Part shown: positions 36,070 to 46,710 of the stretch, piece after piece
Layout of the letters: every line of letters starts with the position of its first letter
Numbering within the stretch: position 1 is the stretch's first letter
Source: a virus
IMG/VR virus record: IMGVR_UViG_3300005805_000045
Coordinates: 32,001 to 96,000 of that record
DNA length: 64,000 nt
Reading direction: 5' to 3' (one strand)
Made by a program: the position numbers and the translations under genes
Notes under the pieces: generated by a model
Database searches by the model: none
Seen by the model: the letters and a program-made list of their open reading frames with translations, nothing else
What the model was told of the DNA's origin: nothing

Positions 36070-36639
36070 TTATCCTAGTGCTATAGCAAGAGCCACTGCT
36101 GCTGCTAATGCTGAATTTGCTGCATCATATGCAAAAACTGCAATTGTATTTACTGTATTAGCCCTATCAAAAGCTGCAATTGCTATTGTATTTGCGATAG
36201 CTGCTGCATAAGAGTTGGCACCTGAGCCCACCTCTGTATTAGCACCTGCAATAGTAGCAGCAGCAAAAGCATTAGCTCCAATGCCCGTGTTATACGCTAA
36301 GAGATTAGCTGAGTTTGCTTTATCAAATGCTGGTCCAACATCAACAGAACTGTTGATTGTAATCTTGTCATTAATAGCATCACCAACGATAGTGATTCCT
36401 GATCCTGCTTCAATAGTTAAAACATCGCTAGCGGAATCTGCAACAACAAGTGTACCATTTGCATTGACTGTACCAAAAGCATTACCGCCAGTGGTATTGA
36501 AAGGAAGAATAGTTCCGTTAGCGTGTTTATAGAATAGCTTGCCGTCAGAAAAATTGATAGCCAACTCGCCGTTTGCAAGCGTTGTTGGTTGTGCAGAAGG
36601 GGTTGATGATTTTTTTAGTGCAATTACTGTGTTAGCCAT
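36070..36639 (-). CDS. fibre protein with Mtd-N-like attachment domain
   Basis: IALKKSS...LANGELAINFSDGKLFYK; Ala/Asn coiled coil; AVALAIALG end. Confidence 0.65.
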   Translation of the reverse strand: MANTVIALKKSSTPSAQPTTLANGELAINFSDGKLFYKHANGTILPFNTTGGNAFGTVNANGTLVVADSASDVLTIEAGSGITIVGDAINDKITINSSVDVGPAFDKANSANLLAYNTGIGANAFAAATIAGANTEVGSGANSYAAAIANTIAIAAFDRANTVNTIAVFAYDAANSALAAAVALAIALG

Positions 36640-37106
36640 TAAAAGTCATTTACCGTTTCTGTTTCAGGCAAAGAGACTTCTGTTGACTCTTCCTCTGCCT
36701 GCACTTTTGAAATTTCTTTTTTCTTCCTATTTATGACAGGCTTTGAAGTTAGTTCAATTAATTTACTTTGTAAGGAAGCAATTTCTTCATTTTTACTCTT
36801 CAATTCAAGTTTCATTTGTCCCATTTGTGACATCAAAGTATCCATGTGCGCAAGTTTATTTTGCATTGCTTTTATGGAATCAACATGAGATTTTGCAGTA
36901 TCAAGTTCAGTTTGTCGTTCATTATTAACTTGAACTAAAGATTCAATTTCAGATGACAATTTTAGAATCATTTCATCTTTTTCTTTAAGCATATCTGTGG
37001 CAACCTTTGCTTGTGCTAGTGCCTGAATATACTTAATATTCAGTTCGTTAATTGTGGTTACACAGACATCGATGTATGCATTAACATATTTGTTTACATC
37101 ACTCAT
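36639..37106 (-). CDS. coiled-coil hypothetical protein
   Basis: Heptad-rich 155-aa ORF in the fibre operon. Confidence 0.6.
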   Translation of the reverse strand: MSDVNKYVNAYIDVCVTTINELNIKYIQALAQAKVATDMLKEKDEMILKLSSEIESLVQVNNERQTELDTAKSHVDSIKAMQNKLAHMDTLMSQMGQMKLELKSKNEEIASLQSKLIELTSKPVINRKKKEISKVQAEEESTEVSLPETETVNDF

Positions 37107-37126
37107 ATCATTATCCTTATATTAGT

Positions 37127-38587
37127 TTAGAACGTACCACCATCCAACATTGCAAATTGAGGAACACCAGAAGCATCTGCTTGTAGAACTTGTCCTTCTG
37201 TGCCTGCCGAGGTAACTTTCAGAGCACCTGTTGTATTGCCATATAGAATGCCATTTTGAGTAACAGAAGTTCTACCAGTACCACCATAAGCGACAGATAT
37301 AACATCAGCATTCCAAGTACCAGAGATAATTGTTCCAAGACCTGTAATACCTGAATAGTCACCCGTTAGTCTTGCTGAAGGAACTGTACCAACAGTCAAG
37401 AATGATGCATTACCTGCATTTACGTTAGCTGTATTTGCTTTATCATATGCAAGAGATGCTATGATATTTGCTGTATTTGCTTTATTAAATGCTGATGTAG
37501 TATTAGCGTCTACTAGATATGCATAGTAATTTGCAGAGTTTGCTTTATTGTAAGAATTTGTTGCAATATCTGTTGCAGTATTAGCTTGTGTAAATGCTGA
37601 TGTAGTATTAGCGTCTACTAGATATGCATAGTAATTTGCAGAGTTTGCTTTATTGTAAGAATTTGTAATCCAAACAATCGCATTGGTACCACCGAGATTT
37701 AGATTGCTTGTACGAATGTCAGCATTTAGAACGGAAAGCGAGAAACCATTTGCATAAGGATCAATGTGATTATTAAAAGGTTCTTCATCATATCCTTGGA
37801 ATAGATAATATTCTTTTGTAACATGCTCTCTATAAAGACCAGTATGTACGTTTGAACCTGTTGCATTGACATAATTTGCTATGAAACCAATATCAACAAT
37901 ATCTGAAGTGTAGTTATTACCTGCAAGATAAAGAAGAGGATCAGAAATAACAAGAGTTGAAACGTTAGCAAAAATAGTATTACCAGTGAGCGTTAATTCG
38001 CCTGTAATAGAAAGATCACCAGTAATAGTACCACCAGTTAGTGGCAACTTTGTGTTTGAGTTTGCATAAGCAGCTATTGCAATATCTGTTGCAGTATTAG
38101 CTTGTGTATAAGCAGAGACAGCACGAACGTTAACAGTATTGGCAAAATTGAATGCAGCAACAGCATGATCATTAACAGTGTTTGAAAAATTAAATGCAGC
38201 TATTGCATTTGCATCAATTAGTGAAGCATAATAGTTTGCCGAATTGGCTTTGTTAAATGCATCAATAGCAATTGTTCTGGCTGTATTAGCTTGTGTAAAT
38301 GCCGCTGTAGCGTTAGCATCAACTAGGTATGCATAATAGTTGGCTGAATTTGCTTTATCAAAAGCCGCTGTTAGAATCGCAGAATTTGCATTTGCATTGT
38401 TATAAACGGATGCAAGAACATCAATGTAATATTTACCACCAATCTCTATGACATCATCACCAGCAGCATTACCTATAAATGCTTTTCCAGAGACGTATGA
38501 ATATGCTGGTTCAGCTGGTGAGAGTGATCCAGGTGCTGGTGCTGTTGTAGAACTTGATCGCTTAATCTGGATAATAGTATTAGACAT
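37127..38587 (-). CDS. fibre protein with Mtd-N-like domain and Ala/Asn coiled-coil repeats
   Basis: IQIKRSS...EPAYSY..GKAFIG; KANSANYYAYLVDAN repeats; GGTITGDL; YGGTG; LDGGTF end. Confidence 0.72.
   Translation of the reverse strand: MSNTIIQIKRSSSTTAPAPGSLSPAEPAYSYVSGKAFIGNAAGDDVIEIGGKYYIDVLASVYNNANANSAILTAAFDKANSANYYAYLVDANATAAFTQANTARTIAIDAFNKANSANYYASLIDANAIAAFNFSNTVNDHAVAAFNFANTVNVRAVSAYTQANTATDIAIAAYANSNTKLPLTGGTITGDLSITGELTLTGNTIFANVSTLVISDPLLYLAGNNYTSDIVDIGFIANYVNATGSNVHTGLYREHVTKEYYLFQGYDEEPFNNHIDPYANGFSLSVLNADIRTSNLNLGGTNAIVWITNSYNKANSANYYAYLVDANTTSAFTQANTATDIATNSYNKANSANYYAYLVDANTTSAFNKANTANIIASLAYDKANTANVNAGNASFLTVGTVPSARLTGDYSGITGLGTIISGTWNADVISVAYGGTGRTSVTQNGILYGNTTGALKVTSAGTEGQVLQADASGVPQFAMLDGGTF
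37486..37666. repeat. 76-bp exact direct repeat (37486-37561, 37591-37666)
   Basis: Two identical copies 105 nt apart encoding TNSYNKANSANYYAYLVDANTTSAF. Confidence 0.8.
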
Positions 38588-38588
38588 T

Positions 38589-38825
38589 TTAGAACGTTCC
38601 TCCGTTTACAACAGGCAGTACCTTTATAACGTATTTTCCACTGTCTGCATCATAAACGAGTGTTTCATTATTATCAGAATCACTGGCATCTACATCCAAA
38701 AGAGATGAAAGATAGTTTACTTGAACTGTTGGAGCAATTCCCACTGTTCTTACTTCTGTCCTCTTTGACTCAGAAATAGCTATTCTATTTTTTCCAGTTG
38801 AATTTATTATTGCTTTGATTGCCAT
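38589..38825 (-). CDS. small structural protein
   Basis: LSSLLDVD...LVYD..SGKY; NGGTF end like the neighbouring fibre. Confidence 0.6.
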   Translation of the reverse strand: MAIKAIINSTGKNRIAISESKRTEVRTVGIAPTVQVNYLSSLLDVDASDSDNNETLVYDADSGKYVIKVLPVVNGGTF

Positions 38826-38830
38826 TTATT

Positions 38831-39169
38831 TTACTTTGTTACTTGTGGTAGTATATTTATTATTCCTTCTAATACTCTTGAGACAACATTTGCTTGATCG
38901 ACAGTCTTAACATCAAAAAGATAGCGACCTGGCTTGATATTAGCTGTCTGTCCAGAAGTCATAGATAGTGTGATTTCACCATTTGATGCATTTGTTATCG
39001 TACAAGTTATGTTTGCTGCGGCATTCACTGAATAATATGATCTTCTCAATTGACTGGTCACTATATAATTGGATGCATTGATGGCTGCATTACTCAAATC
39101 ATCAGTCAAGTTGATGATGTTATTGAATGTTGTTCCTTGGTCTATGAAAAGTTCTACGAATGCTGCCAT
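38831..39169 (-). CDS. virion structural protein (Ig-like/BppU-like)
   Basis: IDQGTTF...SQLRRSYYS...GRYLFDV...RVLEGII. Confidence 0.65.
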   Translation of the reverse strand: MAAFVELFIDQGTTFNNIINLTDDLSNAAINASNYIVTSQLRRSYYSVNAAANITCTITNASNGEITLSMTSGQTANIKPGRYLFDVKTVDQANVVSRVLEGIINILPQVTK

Positions 39170-39367
39170 TTACTTGATTAGTCCCTTGAGTAATTGCTTG
39201 ATTTCTTGCATGTCTTGTCGTAAGTTTGCAACTTCATTTTCAATATTGTCTACTTTCTTCTCACGCATTTTTTTTCTTTTATATGCCTGAAGGGTATTTG
39301 CATCTTTATTGATGAATACGCCTTCAGATACTTTAAAGATTCCTGGAATTTGTGTCTTCTCAGCCAT
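39170..39367 (-). CDS. small coiled-coil hypothetical protein
   Basis: VDNIENEVANLRQDMQEIKQLL; follows the VrlC-like gene. Confidence 0.6.
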   Translation of the reverse strand: MAEKTQIPGIFKVSEGVFINKDANTLQAYKRKKMREKKVDNIENEVANLRQDMQEIKQLLKGLIK

Positions 39368-39376
39368 TGTTTTTCC

Positions 39377-42300
39377 TTATATTTGCAAAGCAATAACTCT
39401 GAGATCAGCAACTTTAGGAATAATCGCACTATTTGTTCCTAGTAGTCCAACTTTAATTTGGAAAGACTTGAACCCAGTGAAAGTAATCCCTTGACTATTT
39501 ATGTATTGGAACTCTCCACCAGCATAATTGACTTCATTAGCAGTGTACGCAGGAGCAGAAAGATAAGATGCTGGTACACTAAATGTGAACTCTTTGAAGT
39601 CACTCTTATTGCTTAGAGAAGAATATAGTCCGTCTCCACCAAAACTCTTTTCAAGTTCAATCCAAGGTCTTGTCTGCAATGTGTCAGTGTCGCTTCCATT
39701 TAGCACCTTCAACCAAATTCTTATGTCTGTGCTTGGTGGACGATAACCAGTAATGTATACTTTCAAATCTTCTGCAACACCAGCAGGGCCATCGTCCAAA
39801 GTAACGACCTTAGAGATGTATTTGTTAAATAGTTTACCACCTGTTGGGTTAGTCTCATCTGTAGCATCATTGTTAATTAGATTATCGACAATGATGGATT
39901 GTGTTTTTTTCAAATCAAATACAGGAGACAGATAATTCGAAGATGTTTTCATGGTCACACGTACTTTGCTTGATCTATCAGAAGATAGATAGGCAATTTC
40001 ATTTGATCTTGAATACATTGCCATTTCTTTTTCAAATTCAAAATTTTCAGAAGGATTAAATGGTCTATATGCATAAGTTACAAGTTCAGGACCATATGTA
40101 TTTGAATATGATGCAAGCTCAAATGATTGTGATGCTTTATTGAAATCAATTATAGCAGGTTCGAAATCAAGAAGTGTATATCTCTGATTTCTGATTGATT
40201 CAATTGATGCAGAACCTTCATCTGAAATATCATAAACAACATCATTAGCGGTGAAGTTGCCACTTGAATTTGTAAGAATCATATATGTGGCATTCGCAGC
40301 TTCTTTATAATATTCTAGATTTCCTCTGCCGTTATTAGCAGTAGCAATAGTTGCTGTTCCTTTAACAGCAGCATTTCCACCATATCTCACTGTTGCTGTT
40401 TCACCAGCAGAATAACGAATATTTGACATTGTATATGTACCAGAATTTATGCTAATAACTCTGGAATTTATTTCTGAATTTGATCCTACAATGAAATCAT
40501 CTAAAGCTATGGTAGTACCAGAATAGCCTGAAAGAGTAATTCTTTCGCCTGTTATAATGGGATCACCAAATCCTTCAATACTTCCAACAATATCTTTCAA
40601 GTAGATTTTTTCTTTTGGTTTATTTCCAATTTCAAAACTACCAGACGACACGAAACTAGCACGATACCATTTGCATGTTAGATCGACTTGATCTAATGGT
40701 ACCCAGATCGCATCATTGTTTGTTGTATATGTTGTGCCCGTATCAAGTCTTCCTGTTATAGCTTCACCAGTGTTTCTATCTGGCTGACCTATTTGACTAA
40801 TCCAGAAATAATAATTTGGATTAGTTGCTTCAGGATGAATTACGAATGCATATGAACGATCTGAATACAAGAAAACAGGAGCATCAAACGTAACTTTTAG
40901 TCCATTTGTTCTTCCATCAGATGAAATTGGAACATCTGCATTTTTGAATCTCTTGTATGATAACGGTACCTGATTAAGAGTAATTCCTTGACCAGCGTCC
41001 ATTTCACGAATTTCAAACCAAACTCCTAGAGTTGGATGTTTTTCTGCACAAAAGACTTCAACAGAAGTTATGAATATGCCTTCTTCTCCATCAGGAGCTT
41101 TGATTGGCAGAGCATATGCAAGGCATGAGCTTGATTCTGTAGGCAATGGTGGAAATGTAGCAAATGTTGAGCTGTTTCTTGTTTCCGCTGTAGGGAATTG
41201 TCTAACCTCAGTTTGTCTTGTAGACAAAATTGTGTCTTGTTTTGTTTGTCTGAGTCCTTCAGCAAAAAACGTTTTCTTAGCAAATGTTGTTTCTACTGTT
41301 TCTGAATTAGTAGGACTATCAGTTACTTTAACTAATTTACTTCCAGTTTGGAATTTTAGATTATCAGTGTTTGGAAGATATAGTCTGAACCAGCATACAC
41401 CAGACTCATTAGCATACAATGCATCGCCCTGATCGTACGTCCAACTTGTAACAGTATCTGGAGACAAATACTCTGCTTCAGTTGTAGGTCTTGTATAATC
41501 TGTCATATTAATGCCGTCAAAATACACATAGAACCTTGCATATGGTTTCAGACCAGTCACATTACATTTCAATGTTTGAGCACGAATATAGGGAATGAGT
41601 TCAACGTTAACAACTCTAGTTCCAAATGATGCTGTATCTGCATCGTTAAAGTTGTAAAGTTCTGATCCTGTTCGATCTGATCTATACAATGTTTCAACTG
41701 TTGAACCATTTTGCTGAGTTCTAAGTGATTGTGCTACTTGATCAGCAGTTGCTTTATTTGAATATGTGCCAACTAATTGTCTACTGGTACCTGTTCCTCT
41801 GTAAACTTTATAACCTGTAACAATTGTTTGCCAAGCATTCCATATGGTTGTTATGTAAGATCCTTGTGTAGCATCTTCCATACCATCAATATTAGCATCG
41901 TTCAATGTGATTGTATTTGGAGGAAGAGTAACTGTATCGATCCAAACATCTTCGATAGGAAGAATATCTAGAACACCAATAAATCTATATGTCGATTTTT
42001 CAGTGTTTAGTGTTCCTGTTGCACTTTGAACGTTAGCATACACAACTTCAGAATAATCAAGTGTGATAATATCGACAGCATTGTTTTGTCCACGTCTAAC
42101 ATTTGATCCACTGAGATAATCATAATCAATAGACTGCATAGAATATACTGGTCTAATTGATTTCTCTTTTGGATCAATAACGATACGATAATCAGGATCA
42201 TAAGTTGCACCAAGAGCATGATCGTCAAAAGTATCTACGAATATGCCGTTTTTAAATCTATCATTACCATTTTCGTCTAGAATCAAAAGATCGAGTGCAT

Positions 42301-45300
42301 TCTTTTCAAGAAGATTCAATGATACATAATATTCTAGATTTGAAATTCTTTCTTTCATAATCTCGATATCACGCATTGTCTGGCGATATGGTGCAACTTT
42401 TACAACAGAAGTCGCTATATCTTGTCTTGATATGATTTTGGCAAAATATGGTGAAATAGAAGGATAAGGTGCAACTGTAATGATTGCTAGTTCCATTTCA
42501 TTTGGAGAAATTTCTGGAACAAATGGTTTAGCACCAGGAACGCCTCTTTTAATCGAAAATATTTTGTCCTTGTTTACATGAACAACATCTTTTCTTCCCA
42601 AATAGTATGAATAATCAAATTCTATTTCAGATGATGGTGTTACTAGAGCAATTCCTGTTGAGTAGTTAAATGTATTAGAAATACCAGGATTCTCAGTAGC
42701 ACTTGCAACAGTTGTGGTATCTGTTGCTGTTATGCTTTTCACTGGTCTAAAGTCAAGATGATTGCGCAAATCATAGCTCTTAGCAGAACTTTTTGATTTA
42801 TAAATTGGAACTTCAGCAATTGATATTCTGGTATTTGTTGCTGCCAAATAGCTGTATGGATTTTCATCATACTTGTCATATGAATCAATAGAGAAATATC
42901 CTTTACCTGTAGAATAGTCTGGATAGAAATAATCCAATTCTACAAGAATACGGTCGGTAGAACTTAGTGATGTGATTGGTGTTATTGAACCAATTTCATA
43001 ATGTGTATCTCTTTGACCATTGTCTACATTAAATTGATTTGTTACAACTGTTCCTTCAGTATTAGAAGTGAACGACGAAGAACTCTTTTTGCGAATTTCT
43101 CTAACTTTATAGATGTCAGAAAAACCTAGATTAAATGGACCAGATGTTCCTGAAGTAGCACAGTTAATTTGCACAAATCGATTAGGTCTCAGAATTTTAT
43201 TAGCCTGAAGAGCAACGGGCCTCTTTACTTTAACAGAAACAGTGGCGTCAACACCAGTTAATGTTGCTTCATTCAGGTTGAATTGCAATTGTGTGCCTGA
43301 AACAGATACACTTCTTTCTGTTCCTGTATCAAATCCTAATGTTGTTAAGTCGATATAATCTCCAATTTCATAAGACTTGAATACAGCATTTCCTGTCAAT
43401 TGTTGGAAAGGATTTTGATTTATAGTTAGATGTGTTGCATTTGCTTTTGAGACGATTGTGTAAACATTGGATAGTCCAGAGAATCTTAGCTTATCACCGA
43501 GATTCAATTTATTGAAGTTTGTTCCAACTATAGTGTTACCGCCTACGTTTGTCGCAGTGATTCCTGTTGTTACGTTTTTCTGAGTTGCTACAGACAAGAA
43601 AATTTCTTTTTTGGCATCACCAGAAAGTGTACCTGTATATGCCAAAACATCACTTCCAGAAGGCTCTATGTAAAATTGTCCAGATGTAATAGTTACAGGT
43701 AATGTCGTTGTGTATTCATAAGATGTGGCACATGTATCTGTGGAATCTTTGATTTTTCTAGTATAGTTCGATCCTGTGTAATACAAAAGTGGCGAATTAA
43801 AAGGTTCATAAAGAGTAGTTATGCCTGTTGCAGGATCAGGTATTACGTCAGCAAAAAAGTCAGGCGTTGATGCATTGTTAACATACAATCCTTTGACAGA
43901 AGAGAAGTTATTACTTCCTAGCATTCGAATATCCATAAGATAGATATCTGCTCTGCCTGTAGCTGTTCCTAAAAATCCTCCATCACTATCATATTCAATT
44001 GAAGCAACTTTTGCTGATCCTATAACATTTCCAGTTGGTGTTGCTGAAATGGATGAGAATATTGAATTTGAAAGTCTATCTTGTTCTTTATCATAGAGAT
44101 TGATTGTTACGCCAGTATCTAGAGGAAGATTGCCAGTTATTTCTTCAACTGTAATATAAGAACCTAAAAATGCCGATGCAGTCTGATTTATTACGTTTGC
44201 ATATGTGAATGCTTTTTCAGTTTCAAGTGGAGTTACACCCACTGTTTCTACTTCATACCCTTTAACATAAGCAACGCCGGCGCCAACTCTAACAGATAAT
44301 AGAGAAGAGTTACCACTTTGTGCTTGAGTATAAACACCGCCATTTGTTCCACTATCTAAGTGTTCTCGAACATCAACGTTTAGTCCTGCTGTATAATAGT
44401 CACCTGACTCGTCAAATGTTCTTTTTGCCCACTCTTCTTTGATGATAGAATATTGTGTTCTCTTTGCTATTGTGCGAACGATTCCGTCTTTAATCGTAAA
44501 TAGAGTTACGAACTCTGGAACATCATCAGGATCATCATAGCTTCGTACTTGTAGTTCAGCAAAAAGCTGAAGTCGATCAGCACCTGGTGCTGAATAGTTA
44601 GATGATTCCAAAGCTGGGTCCAAAAGACTATTGTCTCTCGTATAATTTTTTATAGCTTCAGTAATTTGAAATCCAACTTTACATGTTGGTGTATCGTCAT
44701 ATCTTCCAAGAACAACTTCTTGAGTTGGGAAATATACGAAAAATCCTTTGGAGAAGACAACGCCTTTTGTTATGCGGAATGCTGAGCCATATCCTGTTGC
44801 ATCACTAGCAATAATTCTAAGATTGCCCACATTGGAAACAAGTGTTTCGCCGTCAATGAATTTTGAATAATTTGCAGGAGCTGGTGAGCTTGAAGTATAG
44901 TCAACATATATTGTTTTGGTATTTTCAGATGCTTCTGAGCCATCAAGAACGATGTTAACAATTGCTGTGACGTTAGATGTGGCACCTCTAACTTCAACGT
45001 CTTTGAAGTCTAGAATGTTAATGGCATTATTGTTTGTATCAACATCTTTAACTTTTACATAGTTTAGTGGACCATATGTGGATGAGTTTGTGTTTGCCCA
45101 AAATGGTTGAAATTCACCAGGAATAACAATTGATCCCTCTTCAAATATATGCCTGCCGTGACGCTCAATTTGCTTCTGCAAAATTGTTTGCATCTGAGTG
45201 AGTTCTCTGGACTGCACAGCATATCCAGGTTTAAAAAGGATTCTGTAATATCCATTTTCTTCATTGTAGTCGTCATAATATGGTGTCACACTTAAATCTG

Positions 45301-45337
45301 TTGATAGCCTTGAATTTGCTGTATTAGCATCTGCCAT
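39377..45337 (-). CDS. large baseplate/straight-fibre protein (VrlC/DUF4815-like)
   Basis: PYYDDY..YRILFKPGYAVQSRELTQMQ, APGADRL, RTFDESGDY, AYVKGYE, RFKNGIFVDTF, DLRVIAL. Confidence 0.85.
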   Translation of the reverse strand: MADANTANSRLSTDLSVTPYYDDYNEENGYYRILFKPGYAVQSRELTQMQTILQKQIERHGRHIFEEGSIVIPGEFQPFWANTNSSTYGPLNYVKVKDVDTNNNAINILDFKDVEVRGATSNVTAIVNIVLDGSEASENTKTIYVDYTSSSPAPANYSKFIDGETLVSNVGNLRIIASDATGYGSAFRITKGVVFSKGFFVYFPTQEVVLGRYDDTPTCKVGFQITEAIKNYTRDNSLLDPALESSNYSAPGADRLQLFAELQVRSYDDPDDVPEFVTLFTIKDGIVRTIAKRTQYSIIKEEWAKRTFDESGDYYTAGLNVDVREHLDSGTNGGVYTQAQSGNSSLLSVRVGAGVAYVKGYEVETVGVTPLETEKAFTYANVINQTASAFLGSYITVEEITGNLPLDTGVTINLYDKEQDRLSNSIFSSISATPTGNVIGSAKVASIEYDSDGGFLGTATGRADIYLMDIRMLGSNNFSSVKGLYVNNASTPDFFADVIPDPATGITTLYEPFNSPLLYYTGSNYTRKIKDSTDTCATSYEYTTTLPVTITSGQFYIEPSGSDVLAYTGTLSGDAKKEIFLSVATQKNVTTGITATNVGGNTIVGTNFNKLNLGDKLRFSGLSNVYTIVSKANATHLTINQNPFQQLTGNAVFKSYEIGDYIDLTTLGFDTGTERSVSVSGTQLQFNLNEATLTGVDATVSVKVKRPVALQANKILRPNRFVQINCATSGTSGPFNLGFSDIYKVREIRKKSSSSFTSNTEGTVVTNQFNVDNGQRDTHYEIGSITPITSLSSTDRILVELDYFYPDYSTGKGYFSIDSYDKYDENPYSYLAATNTRISIAEVPIYKSKSSAKSYDLRNHLDFRPVKSITATDTTTVASATENPGISNTFNYSTGIALVTPSSEIEFDYSYYLGRKDVVHVNKDKIFSIKRGVPGAKPFVPEISPNEMELAIITVAPYPSISPYFAKIISRQDIATSVVKVAPYRQTMRDIEIMKERISNLEYYVSLNLLEKNALDLLILDENGNDRFKNGIFVDTFDDHALGATYDPDYRIVIDPKEKSIRPVYSMQSIDYDYLSGSNVRRGQNNAVDIITLDYSEVVYANVQSATGTLNTEKSTYRFIGVLDILPIEDVWIDTVTLPPNTITLNDANIDGMEDATQGSYITTIWNAWQTIVTGYKVYRGTGTSRQLVGTYSNKATADQVAQSLRTQQNGSTVETLYRSDRTGSELYNFNDADTASFGTRVVNVELIPYIRAQTLKCNVTGLKPYARFYVYFDGINMTDYTRPTTEAEYLSPDTVTSWTYDQGDALYANESGVCWFRLYLPNTDNLKFQTGSKLVKVTDSPTNSETVETTFAKKTFFAEGLRQTKQDTILSTRQTEVRQFPTAETRNSSTFATFPPLPTESSSCLAYALPIKAPDGEEGIFITSVEVFCAEKHPTLGVWFEIREMDAGQGITLNQVPLSYKRFKNADVPISSDGRTNGLKVTFDAPVFLYSDRSYAFVIHPEATNPNYYFWISQIGQPDRNTGEAITGRLDTGTTYTTNNDAIWVPLDQVDLTCKWYRASFVSSGSFEIGNKPKEKIYLKDIVGSIEGFGDPIITGERITLSGYSGTTIALDDFIVGSNSEINSRVISINSGTYTMSNIRYSAGETATVRYGGNAAVKGTATIATANNGRGNLEYYKEAANATYMILTNSSGNFTANDVVYDISDEGSASIESIRNQRYTLLDFEPAIIDFNKASQSFELASYSNTYGPELVTYAYRPFNPSENFEFEKEMAMYSRSNEIAYLSSDRSSKVRVTMKTSSNYLSPVFDLKKTQSIIVDNLINNDATDETNPTGGKLFNKYISKVVTLDDGPAGVAEDLKVYITGYRPPSTDIRIWLKVLNGSDTDTLQTRPWIELEKSFGGDGLYSSLSNKSDFKEFTFSVPASYLSAPAYTANEVNYAGGEFQYINSQGITFTGFKSFQIKVGLLGTNSAIIPKVADLRVIALQI

Positions 45338-45349
45338 TTCTTTTTTCCT

Positions 45350-46678
45350 TTAGAATTTCACAACAATTTTGAAGTCTTCTATTTGATCTGATGATCTTGT
45401 AACTGGTTTGATATTATCAACATACAAAATTCTACCACTATATCTTTTTAAATCACCTTGTTCAGCACTACTAATAGCACGAACAGTAAAACTAGATGTT
45501 CCAATAAGTGATTGTGCAGCGGTAGGTGTTCCTACTGTATTTATAAGAAGAAGTTTACTTGTTGCAGAATTCCAAGATAGAACTTTTCCCTTGAATGTTG
45601 ATGCGGCTAAACTTGTGCCCTGATAAACAAACTCGTCTTGTGTATAGTTACCCGAACCAGCAGCAGTAATTGTATATGCCTGACTAAATGCAGCGTTTGT
45701 CGCAACGTTTGACGATCCTTTAATATATGGATCTTTCAGCAAAGCAATCTGTCTAAAATCATTAGTTGCTTGAAGTACACCTTCTTCAGAATATCTGAGT
45801 TTAACATCAATCATGACATTTTTACCACCAAGCTCATACAATGGATCATATCCGTGACCACCAATAGGACTGATGATTGGGCGAAGAGTTGCTCCTGTGC
45901 CTATTCCAGCATCTGTTACTGTTGCTGTTGCGTATGAATAGCCTGTTCCAGGATTAGTAACAATGATGCTTGAAAGTGTATTAGTAACAGTATTCAATGA
46001 AGGTATTGCTGTGGCAGATTGACCATCACCTGTGATTGTGATTGTTATGTTCGATGTGTTTGTATAATTTTGACCACCACTTGTAACAAAGATTGTTTCT
46101 ATACTACCTTCTGTTGCTGAGCTTTGCACTTGCCATTGCAAAGAGCCATCATTCAGAGATAGTGTTTTAACAGGTATATAATTGTCTGTTGTGAACCTAA
46201 TCTTTTCGGCATCGTTGAGGGTATACATATACTTCCAAACATATCCATCAGAAGTAGATGTAGTTGCTTCTGTGTTAAATGACGTTGGTTCAACAGTTGA
46301 TATAGAACCATTGTTATTTGAAATACATTTGTAAACTGAATAATCACTATTAACAACGTAAAACTTAGTATTACCATCAAATAGATTAGGATTCATATGA
46401 TCGTAAGCAGTATAGTTTGTATTGGCTGTCCAATTAAATCTTGGAATGACGTGCATAAGATCACCACCAAGAATTTTCTTACCACCAATCATATTTGACC
46501 AAACTTCATACACAGTTGCCATAGATGCATTTGAAACATTAGGAGATGATTCATTTGGCCAAGCATCGACTTTGCCAAACGTCAAGAAAATCTTTGTATT
46601 TGGATTTGGCTCAGAAACAGACTCTCTAAGCTGTTCGGCATTGTTAATTCTCAAGTCTACAAAAGTAGAAGATGTCAT
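45350..46678 (-). CDS. gp8: baseplate wedge subunit
   Basis: VIPRFNW, VYKCISNN, DGYVWKYMY, NDFRQIAL, QIEDFKIVVKF. Confidence 0.9.
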   Translation of the reverse strand: MTSSTFVDLRINNAEQLRESVSEPNPNTKIFLTFGKVDAWPNESSPNVSNASMATVYEVWSNMIGGKKILGGDLMHVIPRFNWTANTNYTAYDHMNPNLFDGNTKFYVVNSDYSVYKCISNNNGSISTVEPTSFNTEATTSTSDGYVWKYMYTLNDAEKIRFTTDNYIPVKTLSLNDGSLQWQVQSSATEGSIETIFVTSGGQNYTNTSNITITITGDGQSATAIPSLNTVTNTLSSIIVTNPGTGYSYATATVTDAGIGTGATLRPIISPIGGHGYDPLYELGGKNVMIDVKLRYSEEGVLQATNDFRQIALLKDPYIKGSSNVATNAAFSQAYTITAAGSGNYTQDEFVYQGTSLAASTFKGKVLSWNSATSKLLLINTVGTPTAAQSLIGTSSFTVRAISSAEQGDLKRYSGRILYVDNIKPVTRSSDQIEDFKIVVKF

Positions 46679-46703
46679 TTTTCTTCCTTAAATTATTTTT
46701 TTA

Positions 46704-46710
46704 TATTTAT
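46704..46710 (-). promoter_or_regulatory. late promoter of gp8
   Basis: TATTTAT on + strand overlapping the gp7 stop. Confidence 0.5.

Noticed and set aside
36070-38587. Diversity-generating retroelement suggested by Mtd-N-like domains
   Set aside because: No reverse transcriptase and no TR/VR pair with adenine-specific mismatches seen; the repeats present are in-frame coding duplications
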